From positions 275,776,001 to 275,840,000 of the forward strand of contig NC_091287.1 in assembly GCF_032444005.1 (NCBI RefSeq): a stretch of DNA of 64,000 nucleotides, given 5' to 3'. The translations under genes and the position numbers were made by a program. Under the pieces are notes generated by a model, which was given only the letters and a program-made list of their open reading frames with translations, did not search any database and was not told the origin of the DNA. The DNA is from Ranitomeya imitator (Eukaryota). Positions 61,270 to 64,000 of this stretch are shown here, piece after piece (positions within the stretch are counted from its first letter, which is position 1; the number at the start of each line of letters is the position of its first letter).

Positions 61270-62905
61270 GTGATGAAGCTGGAAGCCTTTTAAATGCCCA
61301 TTGCCCTATCAGATTTCACTATACTAGTCTTGCAATAGTATTGCACCTGTGCCCATGAAACAAAATACATGCCGAGACATACCGGCGTATCCAGGGCTGG
61401 TGTCACTCACCTAGGGAGCAACCCACTTCCAGCCAATGGAACGCAAGCGATCCACTCAGCCATGAACTTGCATCCAAAAAATCATTGCTGAGTATAGTAC
61501 AGCTGTATGAGACCTAGTTTTAACATTACCCTAGCTAATCCTCAACACATACTTAAAACATTTACCAAAATTTGATGTTAATACGAAGATATCTGAAATA
61601 TTCCCCAAAACATGTTTAAGGATATGTTTCCACGTGCCGGATTACATTCGGATTAGCTGCGGATTGAATGCTGCATACAGCGGCAGCGTTCAATCCGCAG
61701 CATCCAGATGTTACAGCATATTGGAGGGGATTTTATGAAATCCCATCTCCACTATGCGTGCGAACACGCATCTGGCAGTCCTGTGTTTACAGCGCATCAT
61801 TTTAGAACGCAGAATGTCTGTTTACCTTGCGGCGACAGAGCTAAATCACAGGGCCCTATGTATGGGGTGCAGAGATTCCTGATGTGTGCAATGAACACAT
61901 CCAGAATCACTGCGCATACAGGCATACAGAAGGGGGCTGCGCCTTGGACGTAGCGGGTTTTCACGCTCCGCTCAAAGCGCCATCATTACGGACCGTGGAC
62001 ACGCACCCATAGACTGTTGGTATTCTTCTCCAGACACCCCGTCTCCAAATAACATCAGGGAATTACATTGCAATTGGTTTCTTGGACAACCATTTCAGTT
62101 CCTTCATACAGCACACAAGCAGCACCAAGTGGATCCAAACATCAACAATAGGTATGGAGCAGCAATACTATTCAGACATCATTTTCTGAAGGGACCATGA
62201 ATCACCATAATATACAATAAACATTAAAACAATAAAATAAAAGACCACCCACCCCTTAAAAACTTCCCAAAGCCAAAGCTCTCATTTAATCCCTGTGGTG
62301 CTAGGGTGCCTAGGCAATATATCCAATGGGTCTTTACTTGTGCTAAACCACAACACAGTCCAAAACCAGCCACAATTCTCTCTACTTGTGCCAATATTTT
62401 GCCAATATTGCCCTCCTAAACCCCCGAGGATACTGAGTCAATATCTTTGATCTTTAGGCCATGTGGGTTACACTAATGGTATTTCTTGAAGTGTTTGGGC
62501 AGGGTTTTGAGAGTTGATTCATAGAGTAATATCTACACATAGTATAATTAGTCACATGTGAGTAATATCGCACTTGCATAACTAACATTTGATATGGCAT
62601 TACACTTATTAAGTCTGGTTGTGCACGTCGAAACGGTGCGCATGCGCCGCTGTTGTCACTCTGGATATCCTGCTTCGGGCACCTGATGGTGGTGCTTGAC
62701 TTCTGCTCTGCCGTGGCTGAGTGGAACACTTGAGTTCCATTGGCCAGAAGTGGGATGTCCCTATGTGAGTGACGCCAGCCCTGGATGCGCCGGTATGTCT
62801 CGCCGCATACTTTGATTCATGGGCATAGGTGCAATACTATGGCAAGACTAGTAGAGTGAAATCTGATAGGGCAATGGGCATTTAAAAGGCTTCCAGCCTC
62901 ATCAT
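61270..62905 (-). mobile_element. Penelope-like element remnant with inverted terminal arms
   Basis: Minus-strand QVKTHWIYCLGTLAPQGLNE (C-terminal motif typical of Penelope GIY-YIG endonucleases, 62281-62340); ~200-bp inverted repeats at 61270-61470 and 62710-62905. Confidence 0.7.
61620..62008. mobile_element. Degenerate Harbinger-type MITE
   Basis: TAA|GGATATGTTTCCACG ... CGTGGACACGCACCC; imperfect TIR. Confidence 0.6.
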
Positions 62906-62909
62906 TTAA

Positions 62910-64000
62910 CCCCTTCAAGACCCAGCCTATTTTGACCTTAAAGACCTTGCCGTTTTTTGCAATTCTGACCAGTGTCCCTTTATGAGGTAATAACTCAGGA
63001 ACGCTTCAACGGATCCTAGCGGTTCTGAGATTGTTTTTTCGTGACATATTGGGCTTCATGTTAGTGGTAAATTTAGGTCAATAAATTCTGCATTTATTTG
63101 TGATAAACACGGAAATTTGGCGAAAATTTTGAAAATTTCGCAATTTTCACATTTTGAATTTTTATTCTGTTAAACCAGAGAGATATGTGACACAAAATAG
63201 TTAATAAATAACATTTCCCACATGTTTACTTTACATCAGCACAATTTTGGAAACAAAATTTTTTTTTGTTAGGAAGTTATAAGGGTTAAAATTTGACCAG
63301 CGATTTGTCATTTTTACAACGAAATTTACAAAACCATTTTTTTTAGGGACCACCTCACATTTGAAGTCAGTTTGAGGGGTCTATATGGCTGAAAATACCC
63401 AAAAGTGACACCATTCTAAAAACTGCACCCCTCAAGGTACTCAAAACCACATTCAAGAAGTTTATTAACCCTTCAGGTGCTTCACAGCAGCAGAAGCAAC
63501 ATGGAAGGAAAAAATGAACATTTAACTTTTTAGTCACAAAAATTATCTTTTAGCAACAATTTTTTTATTTTCCCAATGGTAAAAGGAGAAACTGAACCAC
63601 GAAAGTTGTTGTCCAATTTGTCCTGAGTACGCTGATACCTCATATGTGGGGGTAAACCACTGTTTGGGCGCACGGCAGGGCTTGGAAGGGAAGGAGCGCC
63701 ATTTGACTTTTTGAATCAAAAATTGGCTCCACTCTTTAGCGGACACCATGTCACGTTTGGAGAGCCCCCGTGTGCCTAAAAATTGGAGCTCCCCCACAAA
63801 TGACCCCATTTTGGAAACTAGACGCCCCAAGGAACTTATCTAGATGCATAGTGAGCACTTTGAACCCCCAGGTGCTTCACAAATTGATCCGTAAAAATGA
63901 AAAAGTACTTTTTTTTCACAAAAAAATTCTTTTAGCCTCAATTTTTTCATTTTCACATGGGCAACAGGATAAAATGGATCCTAAAATGTGTTGGGCAATT
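62910..64000 (+). mobile_element. piggyBac-like element, left part (runs off the window)
   Basis: TTAA|CCCCTTCAAGACC terminus; internal blocks shared with 40300-41720. Confidence 0.72.

Overview
Eukaryotic nuclear DNA with a vertebrate, probably anuran (frog), repeat landscape; the taxon is inferred from the repeat families and not proven. Almost the whole window is transposon-derived and deeply nested. Main elements: (1) a 12.4-kb hAT transposon (172-12587) with an 8-bp TSD, TIRs, a split ~1190-aa BED-DDE transposase and three large internal tandem arrays; (2) a near-complete Tf1/sushi-type chromovirus LTR retrotransposon (15022-20733) with a self-priming signature and a 6-bp TSD, inserted in the LTR of an older Gypsy; (3) L2 LINE fragments and two V-SINEs sharing the L2 tail; (4) a Helitron-type, a Tc2-type and two Tc1-type elements, one with DD38E spacing; (5) many hAT and PIF/Harbinger MITEs; (6) a decayed second hAT of the same lineage; (7) a full-length L1 (53851-60736) with both ORFs open and a 16-17-bp TSD; (8) a Penelope remnant and the start of a piggyBac-like element. 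A few phase-compatible candidate exons of an unidentified minus-strand host gene lie at ~36.7-42.9 kb, one interrupted by a MITE. No rRNA, tRNA gene or CRISPR array was found. All boundaries were read by eye.
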